Source: Patescibacteria group bacterium (GTDB taxonomy: Bacteria > Patescibacteriota > UBA1384 > XYA2-FULL-43-10 > 1-14-0-10-43-13). From it: a stretch of 64,000 bases of DNA. The notes beneath the pieces were generated by a model, which was given only the letters and a program-made list of their open reading frames with translations, was not told the DNA's origin and did no database searches. Both the position numbers and the translations under genes were made by a program. Position 1 is the stretch's first letter. Every line of letters starts with the position of its first letter. This document shows, one piece after another, positions 22,985 through 36,180 of this stretch. The stretch spans positions 137,708 to 201,707 of the forward strand of contig JBAYHC010000001.1 in assembly GCA_041666325.1 (NCBI GenBank), given 5' to 3'.

Positions 22985-25900
22985 CTACTTCCGACCCCAA
23001 TAATTAACCTCTTTTGATTCTGATGAATCAGCCCCAGAATCAGTTGTGTCACCGCCATTATCATCGACGATAACCTTGTCACTGTATGCTTTAACATGAA
23101 GATCTGACGGAGTTGGTTGTGAAATTTCCTCAGTCAAAGAACCCTCCTCAACTTTATTAGCAACCTCTTCACCAGTGGTTGCAATTTCATCGCGTTTTTT
23201 TATGCTCGGCTTGCCCTTGTGCTCTTTTTTGGTTTCTTCCGGCGATTCATAAACACCGTCTGCGTCACTACTTTTAAGGGGCTTATCAATCAATGCTTCA
23301 CTCCTAGCCTCGACCAAATCTCCTTGATCCAGGCCGACAATTTCATCGCTATTAGCCAGAAGAAGGGCAACTGACGCAACCTTATCACCGGGACGGAGTT
23401 TCATTAATGTCACACCTTGTGTGTCGCGCCCAAGTCGCTTAATGTTGACTAAGGCTAAACGGATGAACTGACCATTGCGCGAGGCCAAAACAACATCTCC
23501 CTCATTGCTGTATGTAATATTCATACCGATCAAGTTTCCGGTTCTTTCTGTACAGTTTGCTGCTCGCATGCCATAGCCGCCACGTTTTTGTAGGTGAAAA
23601 TGATTTAGACTTGTTCGCTTGCCAAAGCCATTTTCGAGAACGACCAACATGTCTGCACCGCTCTGACCGACAGAATTATCAGTTGAAAAGTATTTTTGAG
23701 GAACGATATCCATGGACATGATCTTGTCCCCATTCTTCAGTCTCATGCCAGTAACCCCAGAGGCACTCCTGCCCATCGGGCGAGCATCACTCTCAAGATA
23801 ACAAATTGCTTGACCCTTCTCTGTTACCTCTACAACTGCATCCTCCCCGGAGGTGGTCTTTACCCACTTGAGTTCGTCTTTGCCCTTCAATCCGATAGCA
23901 ATAATTCCCGTCTTTCTTATATTGTCATACTGAGAAATCTCCGTCTTTTTGATCTGACCGTCTTTAGTCCCCATGACAAAGAATTTATTGTTATTCTTGC
24001 CCTTTGGTATCGTCAGGACTGCTGTTACAGTTTCATTGGGAGAAAGCTGAATTATGTTCACAATCGGTGTGCCCTTAGCGAGTCTGGAAGTGGCCGGCAA
24101 TTCATAAACTTTGCTCTTGAAAACTCGGCCTTTGTCAGTAAAGAAAAAAACGTCGTCGTGGGTGTTGGCGCAAGCAAGATAGTCGACAATGTCTTCCTCT
24201 TTGGTTGTCATGCCAACAATACCAACGCCGCCACGAATTTGCTTTCGGTACGAATTTACATCCTGGCGCTTGACATAATTGCTTCTAGAAATAGAAACTA
24301 TGACTTGTTCGTCCGGTATAAGATCCTCAGCCCTAAACTCTCCCAGTGCGTGTGGAATAATCGTAGTTCGTCGCTCGTCGCCAAATCTCTTAATAACATC
24401 TTTCAGATCAGCCTTAATTAATCCAAGAATTTTTTCTGGATGGGCAAGAAGATCTTTGAGGTAATCGATAGTTCGTAATACTTCTTCATACTCTTCCTCA
24501 ATCCTCTTGCGCTCCAGTGCAGCTAATGATGATAACCTCATATCAAGAATCGCGTTTGACTGTATAGTAGAAAGACCAAATTTGGCCATTAAATTCTTGT
24601 GCGCTTCTTCACGATTGGCTGAAGATCTAATCGTACTGATGACCTCATCAATGTGATCAAGAGCAATCTTTAATCCCTCCAAGATGTGCGCTCTCTCCTC
24701 AGCCTTCTTGAGCTCGAACTTAGTGCGCCTCTCGATCACTTCCTGACGATGGGCAACGTAAAACTGGCAGATATCACGCAGTGTCATAACCCGCGGCTCT
24801 AAATCGGGTGTAAGTGCTAACATGTTGACATGGAAAGCAGTCTGCATCGGAGTCAGCTCAAAAAGCCTATTCAATACCTTCTTCGGATACGCGCTAGATT
24901 TAAGTTCAACAACGACGCGAACGGCCTGCGTACGGTCTGACTCATCACGAATATCAGATATCCCATCAACCCGCTTATTTTTTACTAGTTCAGCAATTTT
25001 CTCAATTAAAGAGGCCTTATTAACCTGATAAGGAATCTCGGAAATAATTATGCGGAAACCGCGCTTTGTCTCCTCAATCTCTGCCTTGGCTCGCATCATG
25101 ATACGGCCTTTGCCGGTCGCATACGCCATTTTGATATCTTCAGTGTTATAAATATTGGCCCCAGTAGGAAAATCAGGACCCTGAATAAACTGCATGAGGT
25201 CTTCTACTGTTGCCTCCGGATTATCGATTAGATGAATTATGCCGTTAGCAAGCTCAGTCAAATTGTGGGGTGGAATATTGGTTGCCATCCCAACAGCGAT
25301 GCCCATCGCACCATTAAGAAGCAATTGGGGTACGCGAGCCGGCATCACCTTTGGCTCTTTGGTTGACCCGTCATAGTTGTCTTGCCAATCGATTGTATCT
25401 TTGTCGATATCAGCCACCAGCTCTCCAGCCAAAGCAGTCATGCGACACTCTGTGTAACGCATGGCAGCAGCAGAGTCACCGTCCATTGACCCAAAGTTAC
25501 CCTGGCCATCAACCAAACGATAACGCATCGAAAAATCCTGTGCCAAACGAACAAGTGTGTCATATACAGCTACGTCACCGTGAGGGTGATAATTACCGAT
25601 TACCTCACCGACAACCTTAGCAGACTTGCGATATTTTGCAGCATGAGTGAGTCCTGTGTCGTGCATAGCATAAATAACGCGTCGATGCACCGGCTTCAAA
25701 CCATCACGAACATCCGGAAGAGCACGCGAAACAATAACGCTCATAGCATAATCAAGATAAGATGTCTCCATCTCATGATTAAGATCGCGAGGCTTCAAGT
25801 TTCCGACAGCTGGATCATAAACAGGCCCATCAATAGACTTGTCATCAAGCTTATCGCTCTTAGGAACAAGCTTTCCGACCTTTTCAAGATCCTTGCCTTC

Positions 25901-26014
25901 AGATTCGGATGGCACAGCAGGTGCTTCAGCCGCTATCTCATCGGCAACTTCTTCTTTGCCTTCGCTCTCTTCCGGCTCTTGTTCGATTATTGTCTCTTCT
26001 TTCTCGTCTTCCAT
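22985..26014 (-). CDS. gyrA: DNA gyrase subunit A with long acidic N- and C-terminal tails
   Basis: [10 protein letters not shown]; YHPHGD; AAMRYTE; GyrA-box-like QIRGGVG. Confidence 0.97.
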   Translation of the reverse strand: MEDEKEETIIEQEPEESEGKEEVADEIAAEAPAVPSESEGKDLEKVGKLVPKSDKLDDKSIDGPVYDPAVGNLKPRDLNHEMETSYLDYAMSVIVSRALPDVRDGLKPVHRRVIYAMHDTGLTHAAKYRKSAKVVGEVIGNYHPHGDVAVYDTLVRLAQDFSMRYRLVDGQGNFGSMDGDSAAAMRYTECRMTALAGELVADIDKDTIDWQDNYDGSTKEPKVMPARVPQLLLNGAMGIAVGMATNIPPHNLTELANGIIHLIDNPEATVEDLMQFIQGPDFPTGANIYNTEDIKMAYATGKGRIMMRAKAEIEETKRGFRIIISEIPYQVNKASLIEKIAELVKNKRVDGISDIRDESDRTQAVRVVVELKSSAYPKKVLNRLFELTPMQTAFHVNMLALTPDLEPRVMTLRDICQFYVAHRQEVIERRTKFELKKAEERAHILEGLKIALDHIDEVISTIRSSANREEAHKNLMAKFGLSTIQSNAILDMRLSSLAALERKRIEEEYEEVLRTIDYLKDLLAHPEKILGLIKADLKDVIKRFGDERRTTIIPHALGEFRAEDLIPDEQVIVSISRSNYVKRQDVNSYRKQIRGGVGIVGMTTKEEDIVDYLACANTHDDVFFFTDKGRVFKSKVYELPATSRLAKGTPIVNIIQLSPNETVTAVLTIPKGKNNNKFFVMGTKDGQIKKTEISQYDNIRKTGIIAIGLKGKDELKWVKTTSGEDAVVEVTEKGQAICYLESDARPMGRSASGVTGMRLKNGDKIMSMDIVPQKYFSTDNSVGQSGADMLVVLENGFGKRTSLNHFHLQKRGGYGMRAANCTERTGNLIGMNITYSNEGDVVLASRNGQFIRLALVNIKRLGRDTQGVTLMKLRPGDKVASVALLLANSDEIVGLDQGDLVEARSEALIDKPLKSSDADGVYESPEETKKEHKGKPSIKKRDEIATTGEEVANKVEEGSLTEEISQPTPSDLHVKAYSDKVIVDDNGGDTTDSGADSSESKEVNYWGRK

Positions 26015-26048
26015 AAATTCTCTTCTTTACGTTTAAATGATGGATTGA

Positions 26049-28151
<2,103 letters not shown>

Positions 28152-28490
28152 TTAGATTAAGCAAAAATGTATATGTGGTACGAATCGAAAACAACGCTAA
28201 TTGCAACTACCAGACAACACAAGTTCTTCTAACTTATCGTTCTGCCTCTACCCACCCAACGAGAACAATTCGCGCCTGTGGTTGTTATGTCTTGTGCATT
28301 GGTTTGTTTCTCGCAATAAAAAGAGAAAACGAATGTTTCTCGCAATAGCATTGTATCATGGCCAGATTGAAGCATCAAGTCTGAAAGTTGTGCGGCAGCC
28401 AAGAAACTAACGTAAATCCAACCATTGGACACGACAACGCGAGCGCTGGAAATACAAATCTCCGAAACATAATCTTAATGTCCAGCTCTC

Positions 28491-28518
28491 TTGACAACCG
28501 ACCAATCCAGCGTATAAT
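28491..28518 (+). promoter_or_regulatory. Consensus sigma70 promoter of the orphan gene at 28699
   Basis: TTGACA-16-TATAAT. Confidence 0.75.
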
Positions 28519-28698
28519 TCAGTCAAACGATTAAGCGTATCGCCACTATCCGACTCGCGAACCCTACGGCACGACTATCGCGCCGCCTGTCCGCTAGTCA
28601 GCCAAGCTGCTCCGAAAGTTCGGGGCGCTGCCCTGCTCTTACCCAAGCAGGGTAAATGTCGTGCTGGCAGCGGAGTCCCAGAGGGAGGAAGTTTACAG

Positions 28699-29280
28699 AT
28701 GTTCGATCACACGAGGTATGTGGAGTTTCACGGAGTGGGCGCCTCCGTGAGGTGCGATGGCAAGCCAGTAGGGCTACTATCCGACATTGCCCCCAACCTG
28801 CGCTGGTTTGAGGTAGGTGCAGGGGCAAAGCTGCTTGCCATCGGGCTGGACAATCTCCAACCGACAGTTCAGCCACTCGACAGACGGCTGAACATGCTGG
28901 CAGCCAAAGCGCAGCCGGGTGAGCTCTGCCCAGTGCCACGCTGGCGCCAGGTGGAAGTTTTCTCCAGCTCCCCGGTCCACGGGGCACGGGAGATCGAACC
29001 TGGCAAGTGGCTCATAGCCAAGCGGCGCCTGGCGCCGCAAAAACAGGATACTGTTACGATACCAGCCGACGGGGTCGGTCAGATTACGCTGGCGATCAGC
29101 AGCCTGCGCCCTGGAGGCGGCAACACCCTGCTCATGGGCGAGATTCGCTTCAACGTAGCCCGGGGAAAAGGACTGACACCTCTCCCGGACAATCAGGAGC
29201 TGCTTCTGTGCAATCCCAACTGGGCAGATTCACTGCCCGCCGACGCCGGCGTCTTCTTTGCCGGTGTACTCAAACGCTGA
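28699..29280 (+). CDS. Hypothetical protein (193 aa)
   Basis: GGGAGG SD; own promoter; downstream ggccaggc/gcctggcc hairpin. Confidence 0.7.
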   Translation: MFDHTRYVEFHGVGASVRCDGKPVGLLSDIAPNLRWFEVGAGAKLLAIGLDNLQPTVQPLDRRLNMLAAKAQPGELCPVPRWRQVEVFSSSPVHGAREIEPGKWLIAKRRLAPQKQDTVTIPADGVGQITLAISSLRPGGGNTLLMGEIRFNVARGKGLTPLPDNQELLLCNPNWADSLPADAGVFFAGVLKR

Positions 29281-29424
29281 CGCGGCACCACCGCTAAAGC
29301 ACCCCCGGCCAGGCGCATATCATCACGCCAACTTTGCCTGGCCCCGTTCCTAAAAGCACAAAAATTGCGCTCTTGGGTGACGGATTAAAAAATAGACCAA
29401 AGGATACTAGCATGGTCCGGTGGT

Positions 29425-31608
29425 CTATTTTTTAATCTTCTCGAACTCAACAGAGAACTCTTTGTCCTGAAGCAGGGTGTGCCGAATCAAAATCCTGTGA
29501 TTAATCGCATCATAGTTCTTCACATTTATCGGCTTGTAGTTCGCAGGATACTTTATTGCTATTTCATAATCATCACCAATGCTTCCCGGCTGTTTTTGTA
29601 AGTAGAGCTTATAGGTCATTGTTTGGGCGCTTGTCTCAACACGGTAATTCGGCGCGTACTCAAAGGATGACTTAGACGACTTTCCTGGTTCAGTGTTCTG
29701 CCAGAAGCTAATCTTTGTTTTGCCAGCCTCTTCGCCCGTTTCATACAGTCTGGATGATGAATACTTTTTGTCATTATGCGGCCAAAAACTGCCCGATATA
29801 TTGGAAAAAGAATCGATTGTTGAGTTTTGCGGCAACAAAACACGGATCAAATTTACATTTGCACCATCGGGCCAGTTGCCATCACCATTGTGCTTACGGT
29901 TTATCTCCACTCTCGATTTTATTTCTCCCGAACCCGCGATATCAACCTGATATTTGACCAGCTCTTTAACATTTAGACTGCTCTTAGCTCCACCGATATT
30001 TGTATTATGAACAAATAAGTAATCAGCTAGCATGTGCTCGACCTTTCCGGCATAATCTAACTTCTCTAACATTTCCTGAAGGCTGGAATTCTTGAAATTT
30101 AGCAACATGTGCTTTTCCTTCAATCCGCGTCCGAGCGCCTCCAGCATTAGGTTTGACTTCTCAGCGCTACCAAAGCCATCAAAAAGACGGTTAATAAATA
30201 TTGGCATCATAACTGCCAATATTTTCTTTGGCTCATTCTCAACATCACTACCGTCCCGCTCAAAGTAACCTCGCTCAACCTCATACTGCACATCTTTCAG
30301 AAAATTATCGTAACCGATGGTCTTGCCAAATTCAGGCATATCTATCGGCCCAACAATTCTCAGGAGGTCAATAAAAAGAGTCGTATCCAGGGCCATGACC
30401 CCATCGACTTTTTTACCCGATTCTAGTTCATAAAACTCCATGACCCTGGAGAAGCTTTCTGGACCATCGATCGCAAGATTGCTATCTCTCATGGCCCATG
30501 ACTCAGCCATTGTCTCGAGCTCATTGGGGATGGCAACCTTAGTGTGGGCAGAAAAAGCTTTGTCTAGCTTGTAAATATTTGTCTCGAATTCTATATCAGC
30601 GAGCTTGCCATCAGAAAAACTTGCAACCGCAAACGAACCGATAAAACCGCCGCTACCACGTATCTCAGTATTGTTTTGAAAGAGGATAAGGATTCTTCTC
30701 GTGCCGCCATCACCGGATAACCACGGCAAGCCATCTTTGACAAAAACCCCCGTCTGGTCGAGCGTTGAATCAAGCTTATCAATAATATCAATGGCCTTCT
30801 TGCTCTCTTGCGCCAGAGCATTAGGCATAGAACTAGAGGTCTTTTCTAATTCTTTCTTGCTACTCTCAAGTCGATCTTTTGCCCGGGCAAGCGCAATCTC
30901 CAGGTCAGTCTGAATTAGCACTAGGTCAGCTGTTGGAATTCCGCTATCAGAAGTAGAGGCAACCGAATTGGCAAATGATACCTTTAGAGAATGCTCAAAG
31001 TCAGATAGAGCGCTTAGGATGGCATAAATACTATTTAAAAAACGCTCATACGCGACCAGTCTGGAGCTATGGCCGGGAACAAGACTCAAGTACTTGATGT
31101 CCTGCCCCCACGACTGAACAAGCAATTTTAATTGACCGATATCATCTTTGGCTTGGTCTGCCTCTTCTAGTCCTCGTGAAACATCGCCGCTCTCGATTGA
31201 GTCAAAAGCCGATACCAGATGCTCTTGTGCGCTCGCAGTCAGTGTTTCGACCTGACTCTTTGCGCCGAATGCCTTATACGAAGTAAACAGGACAAGGCAA
31301 AGTATCAGAATCGAAGCAACTCCAGTTTGGTACTGTCGAACACTCGAAAGCTTTAAATTAATTTTGTGACGGGCAGACCTTGCCTTTAGGCCAATAAAGC
31401 CCTTCTGCTTGATTGTAAATACGGCTGCTTTGTTAGAAATAAAGTTTGGGTGTTCTTGCTTTGACAAGCTCTTGATTTCCTTATCAGAAGGGACAACAAA
31501 AAAATCCCTGTTCTCTGGTTCGAGCTCAGATTCATAGAAAACGCCAATTCGATCTATTCTTGTCGAGTCGTCGCTACTCTCTTCTTTTTTGAGATCGTCT
31601 TCCCCCAA
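29425..31608 (-). CDS. DUF4012-like membrane-anchored protein
   Basis: TM plus helical region; LILFQNNTEIRGSGGFIG; MRDSN; YLQKQPG. Confidence 0.85.
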   Translation of the reverse strand: MGEDDLKKEESSDDSTRIDRIGVFYESELEPENRDFFVVPSDKEIKSLSKQEHPNFISNKAAVFTIKQKGFIGLKARSARHKINLKLSSVRQYQTGVASILILCLVLFTSYKAFGAKSQVETLTASAQEHLVSAFDSIESGDVSRGLEEADQAKDDIGQLKLLVQSWGQDIKYLSLVPGHSSRLVAYERFLNSIYAILSALSDFEHSLKVSFANSVASTSDSGIPTADLVLIQTDLEIALARAKDRLESSKKELEKTSSSMPNALAQESKKAIDIIDKLDSTLDQTGVFVKDGLPWLSGDGGTRRILILFQNNTEIRGSGGFIGSFAVASFSDGKLADIEFETNIYKLDKAFSAHTKVAIPNELETMAESWAMRDSNLAIDGPESFSRVMEFYELESGKKVDGVMALDTTLFIDLLRIVGPIDMPEFGKTIGYDNFLKDVQYEVERGYFERDGSDVENEPKKILAVMMPIFINRLFDGFGSAEKSNLMLEALGRGLKEKHMLLNFKNSSLQEMLEKLDYAGKVEHMLADYLFVHNTNIGGAKSSLNVKELVKYQVDIAGSGEIKSRVEINRKHNGDGNWPDGANVNLIRVLLPQNSTIDSFSNISGSFWPHNDKKYSSSRLYETGEEAGKTKISFWQNTEPGKSSKSSFEYAPNYRVETSAQTMTYKLYLQKQPGSIGDDYEIAIKYPANYKPINVKNYDAINHRILIRHTLLQDKEFSVEFEKIKK

Positions 31609-31634
31609 TCCACCTCCAGATACTAGAAATACCG

Positions 31635-31681
31635 CCTTACGCCCGCCTGCATCGCCTGGAGCGAAGCGACTGCGGGCAGGC
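31635..31681. repeat. Dispersed REP-like repeat, copy 3, flanked by a GCCTTACGCC direct repeat
   Basis: Identical to 15185-15231. Confidence 0.9.
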
Positions 31682-31772
31682 CTTACGCCTTATAAAGATT
31701 TTACCATAAAACTGTCAGATATAAAAAAGGGCCCCGACCGGAGGTCGAGGCGGGGATGAGGAGTGCTGAGTC

Positions 31773-32138
31773 CTAGTCGTTGTCCCGATCCCGGGGAGGG
31801 ATGGGGAAGTACGCGAGATGATTACCGAGCTCCGTTCTGAGATATCTCCCGACAGCGTCACTATAGAGATCACTCAGGGCAAAATCGATCGGCCCGGTCG
31901 GTACGGCAGAGACTGGGTCTTCTCTGCCGGTTGCTGTGCGCCAGAAGTCGAGGATCTCGCCTGGCGCTGCGTCGACGGGAAGACCCCAGTCTTCAACGTC
32001 GAAGCCATATTCGCCGACTGACATGCCAGTCGGCGACCTTTGGGCGGCTTGCACAAGAGTAGCCCGGAGGCACTCAAGATCCACTTGGCCACCTCCTTTC
32101 ACTGGAGAAGTGGATGCACTGCCTATGTATGTAATCAC
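31773..32138 (-). CDS. Hypothetical protein (start uncertain)
   Basis: 121-aa ORF with upstream TTGACA and a downstream GC hairpin plus U tract. Confidence 0.5.
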   Translation of the reverse strand: MITYIGSASTSPVKGGGQVDLECLRATLVQAAQRSPTGMSVGEYGFDVEDWGLPVDAAPGEILDFWRTATGREDPVSAVPTGPIDFALSDLYSDAVGRYLRTELGNHLAYFPIPPRDRDND

Positions 32139-32267
32139 AATGGCCTATTATTGTCAATGGTAAAAATATTGAGACATTGGATTATTGCAGACCAAAAACC
32201 GGCTTTGATATTATCTCCACCGGCTCATATCCATATCGTAGTAGACCATGTCGCAAAGTTAGTTTGC

Positions 32268-35200
32268 TTATTGCTTTGTGGCAGGAACCTCTATCTCGGG
32301 ACCGTCCTTGGCCTGACTAAATTGATGCCTCTGCTTAATATATTCATCTTCCGTTGATACTTCGACACGCTGACTTGACGAAGAAGCGCTCGGGACTATT
32401 TGGGACTGAGACTGATCTTGAGCACTCTCGGGATCATATGTTTCTACTCGGCCCGGAGTAGTCGGAGTGCTCTGACCGGAAGTCGCAGCACCAGTCGTCT
32501 CCTCCCATGTGCGCGAAGGGCGAACAAAAGATTCCGGCTGCTGATCAGCTATAGTCGGTGTTGGTATGGCGCCCGCCCCATCTTCACCCTCATCTGAAGT
32601 AGTCACCGTGACGTTGCCAGAACCACCCTCTGCCTCTAGTCCAGTCATCTCCTTCTCAAGCCGTTCTAGTCTCTCTGGACCGTTCGTTGCATAGTACAAC
32701 CTATCGTTTCTATCTCGCTGTGAGATTAGTTCTTCGTGCTCTTTTCTTAGATGTGTAAGCCGCTCTGCTCTTGACTCGGCATTTGTCTCGCCTTGCTGCT
32801 CAAAGCCAACTCTGTGTTTTTCCCTCTCGGTGTCCATCTCCTCTTGCACTCCAGGTTCTGGGTTAGACAACAAGTTAAGTCGTTTTTGTGCTGCTTCCAA
32901 TATCTGACCGCTCTTGGCAGCTTCCAATTCTGCTTGCAACACGCGCTGCCTTAGATTCTCAATGTAACCGGCACCACCTTCGTGCACCGCTGGCTCATCC
33001 GGGTGGCTGCTGGCCCAATCTAATTGCTCCCTGGCCCGAAGAAGTGACTCATCTGCTCTGTCCTTTAGTCCTTGTGCATCTGCAAGAGCGCTGGCAGCCT
33101 CAATTGCCTGCGGTGACTCTGGCGGTGTTATGAGATCATGTTCTTCGACTGCTGTCGCCGGTGTCTCAAGCCTTGACTTATCCAACTCTGACAAACGTTG
33201 ATCATACCAGCCAGCGTTGCTTCGACCAGTGATAAATTCCCAGGCCCGTCTCCAACTTGGCTGATTGTTCTCATGAATCAGCTTGTCAATTTCTATTGGT
33301 GACTGATGATTGATTTCTACGTTTACCCACCTCAAAACCGGATGACCAGGAGCTGTAGAGTGAACAGGAAACATGAGGTGTCTATTGTCGCCATCTGCAA
33401 CAACCCTAATCTCATTCACTCCTGTTCGATCAGCATTATCCATGCGAAGCAGCATATTGCCAACGATATCGCTCAGGTATTTGCTGTTTTGGCCAGCTTC
33501 TCCTCGCATGAGGGCGCCGAGGGCATCTTTACTGATAACAGTTCCACTACTGTAACTCTCGGGTACGGGAGCTGACCCTGAATGATTAGACTCAAGCCAC
33601 TTTAGATATTCGTCCAACTTCGTGGCAGGAAGGAATTCTAGTTTGGTTTTTTCGCTAAAACTTTCAACAGTAATACTTGGTTGCGCCTCTGTCGCTTCGT
33701 TGGCACCCAGTGCGTGGCCATCACCAACTTCTGGCGCCGAGGCCAATTTGACAGGATGCTCCTGTTCATCAACCTCAACTCGAGATCTGTGAGTGTGATG
33801 TGATTCTACCCCACCAGTCCTTGGCGCAAATGGTTTGTCGTCATCTGGCATATACTTAGGCAACTCGGCCATAACCTCTTTCATATCCTGGCCAGGAGTA
33901 ATGTTGCCCGGCATCTCCTTTGCGGTAGCTGCAATCAAAGACTCATCTCTGGAATCAAAATAGCCGCTTTCCATCAATTTTTCTTTTTCTGCTCGGATAG
34001 CAGCAAAATAGTGATTGGTGGTAGGATATGCTTCTGGATTGGCTTTTCTGTGAGTGTCTACGATCTCCTGAGCAAGTCGCCTGGCAGCGCCGGCCCCTGG
34101 TTCATGGAGCACTCCCTCAACCTTCTCCCTCAAATGCAGTACGTCTGTTTTATCTGTGTCACCTGGCACTCCAGATCCATGTGTATCAGGCGCTGAACCA
34201 TGAACAACATCTTTGTTTTCACCCGGATCAGACGGAACAACACCTGCAGGAGCCTCGCCATCAACGTCAACCTCGACCTTATTGCCCGGCTCGGCAATAT
34301 CCTGACTTGGTTGAGGAGAAACCTCTGTAACACGATGGGCAGCGCCTGCTGCTGCGGCTTTCTCCATGCCCAGAAGATCTCTGCCCATGTCAACGTCATA
34401 GCCCAAGAGCTTCTTTCCTAGCAGGAAGGCGATACGGAGGGCAACAACTGTTGCGACACCCTTGCCACCACCAACCAGCGCACTCTTCTTGCGCTCTGTT
34501 TTGAATTGTTCTTGAACCTCGGCCACCTTGCCGAAATCTGTCTCTACATTAAACCTTTTAGCAGGATCAGTGTCGGTGCTGCGCCTAACCATTTCACGCC
34601 TTGCAGCTTCAATAATAGCTGAATGATCAGATGCCAACTTAGAGGTCTCTCGTGTCGAGCGAAGCGCTCCGAGTCCGAGCTGAATAACACCATTGACTGC
34701 CAAGCCGGCAGCGCCAAGACCTGCAACCTTGAGACCAAGAACACCCAGCCCGACAGAGACACCAATTTTGCCCCACCAGGGCATCTTACTGAAGTTATCA
34801 CGTAATTTGTCGAATCCTCTGACGACACCTTTTCTCTTCCCCATGTACTTCTTGTAGTCTTCTTGCTCTTTCCGCAGAAGAGAGGAATCGATTTTCAAAC
34901 CTTTGGCAGTAGAGATGGCCTCGAGTCGTGCGTATACCTCAACAACCTTCTCCTTTGGCATCTCCTTCATTTTGGCCGAGACTTTTCTCGCATCCCAATT
35001 GCCATCCTTGTCCTTGCAATCACCAAAATCGACTGTTAGCGCTGCTTCTTGTCGCTTCATCCAGCCGGCATCAACCGCTGTAGCACCGCCCAGAAAGCTA
35101 GTCATAAGCCTGACACCATTTGCCAATAATCTGCCGCCGGGGATTGCGGCCATACCAACCGTCAGAACACCGGAGACCGTTCTTGCCATGTGATTTCTCT

Positions 35201-35792
35201 GGTAAAACTGCCAAAATCGGGCAAGAGGCCCTCTGTTTTCGATTTCTTTATTAATGACCTCTTGATGTTTCTTGAATTTATCATCGAGCGACCTCTCGAC
35301 GGCCTTGCGCTTCAACTCAAGCTCTTTCTGCTTACGATCCTCCTCTGCCTTGCGTCGCTCGACCTCTTCTCTCGTACGTTTTGCTTCCTCGCTCTCACCC
35401 TGTTGGTCATGTCTCTCACCGTCTGGCGTTCTATCCTGTGCAACATCAGGTGACACTGGCTGGCGCACAGGAGGTTCTACAGTGGCTTCAGGAGAAGCTT
35501 TGCCCGCCTCGTCGTTATTTAGGTCAGGGGCAGTAACACTTGCAGGCACCTCATCATCACCGGGACCTCCGATCACATCGTCTGGCATTCCGAGTGGCCC
35601 AACAGGAGGAATCTCCTCGTTGTTATCCGTAGTAGTATTTCTATCTTGGCCAGCATCAATGTTAGCGACTGCGCCAAACCTTCTATCGTCATCATTAGCA
35701 CCACCAGCAACACTCTCGGGCATACCCAACGGTCCACTCTGAAAAGCCCGCTTAATATCATCTGGCGTTAATCCGCCTTGATTTTCTGACAT
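32268..35792 (-). CDS. Large low-complexity protein with central Gly/Ala-rich hydrophobic segments
   Basis: 1174-aa ORF; acidic termini, coiled-coil stretches, several TM-like segments; GGAGGG SD. Confidence 0.85.
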   Translation of the reverse strand: MSENQGGLTPDDIKRAFQSGPLGMPESVAGGANDDDRRFGAVANIDAGQDRNTTTDNNEEIPPVGPLGMPDDVIGGPGDDEVPASVTAPDLNNDEAGKASPEATVEPPVRQPVSPDVAQDRTPDGERHDQQGESEEAKRTREEVERRKAEEDRKQKELELKRKAVERSLDDKFKKHQEVINKEIENRGPLARFWQFYQRNHMARTVSGVLTVGMAAIPGGRLLANGVRLMTSFLGGATAVDAGWMKRQEAALTVDFGDCKDKDGNWDARKVSAKMKEMPKEKVVEVYARLEAISTAKGLKIDSSLLRKEQEDYKKYMGKRKGVVRGFDKLRDNFSKMPWWGKIGVSVGLGVLGLKVAGLGAAGLAVNGVIQLGLGALRSTRETSKLASDHSAIIEAARREMVRRSTDTDPAKRFNVETDFGKVAEVQEQFKTERKKSALVGGGKGVATVVALRIAFLLGKKLLGYDVDMGRDLLGMEKAAAAGAAHRVTEVSPQPSQDIAEPGNKVEVDVDGEAPAGVVPSDPGENKDVVHGSAPDTHGSGVPGDTDKTDVLHLREKVEGVLHEPGAGAARRLAQEIVDTHRKANPEAYPTTNHYFAAIRAEKEKLMESGYFDSRDESLIAATAKEMPGNITPGQDMKEVMAELPKYMPDDDKPFAPRTGGVESHHTHRSRVEVDEQEHPVKLASAPEVGDGHALGANEATEAQPSITVESFSEKTKLEFLPATKLDEYLKWLESNHSGSAPVPESYSSGTVISKDALGALMRGEAGQNSKYLSDIVGNMLLRMDNADRTGVNEIRVVADGDNRHLMFPVHSTAPGHPVLRWVNVEINHQSPIEIDKLIHENNQPSWRRAWEFITGRSNAGWYDQRLSELDKSRLETPATAVEEHDLITPPESPQAIEAASALADAQGLKDRADESLLRAREQLDWASSHPDEPAVHEGGAGYIENLRQRVLQAELEAAKSGQILEAAQKRLNLLSNPEPGVQEEMDTEREKHRVGFEQQGETNAESRAERLTHLRKEHEELISQRDRNDRLYYATNGPERLERLEKEMTGLEAEGGSGNVTVTTSDEGEDGAGAIPTPTIADQQPESFVRPSRTWEETTGAATSGQSTPTTPGRVETYDPESAQDQSQSQIVPSASSSSQRVEVSTEDEYIKQRHQFSQAKDGPEIEVPATKQ

Positions 35793-35800
35793 TTTCCCTC

Positions 35801-36130
35801 CTATTCGGCGAATTCTACTATGAGCTCATTACGCAGTTTCTCTGCTTCCTCTTCAAACATTCTTTCAAAACTTGGTACCTCCTCAAACAAAAACGACTCC
35901 ACTGCTTCAGTGTCGCCTGCTTCTGCCAGGTCAGAAAGTTTTTCCTTCTTGTCATCATCCAAACCCTCAGTTGCTCGCATAAGCGTACGTGTTTGAATGA
36001 GATCCATCATCTTTGCCAACAAAATACCCTTTTCCTCATCTGGCAGATCCGCTGCTCCAATAACAGAAAAAATATCATTTGAGATCTTCTCCTTGAAATC
36101 AACCTGCTGATCCGCATCATCTTGCGCCAT
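35801..36130 (-). CDS. DUF5663-like small acidic helical protein
   Basis: DIFSVIGAADLPDEEK...FEEVPSFERMFEEE; AGGAGG SD. Confidence 0.75.
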   Translation of the reverse strand: MAQDDADQQVDFKEKISNDIFSVIGAADLPDEEKGILLAKMMDLIQTRTLMRATEGLDDDKKEKLSDLAEAGDTEAVESFLFEEVPSFERMFEEEAEKLRNELIVEFAE

Positions 36131-36180
36131 ACTCCTCCTTTTGAGTTCGCTGCAATTAAATATCTCTCAAATATTATACG

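Noticed and set aside
34096-34106. 11-nt match (CCTGGTTCATG) to the RT ncRNA
   Set aside because: Expected by chance in 64 kb and does not extend.
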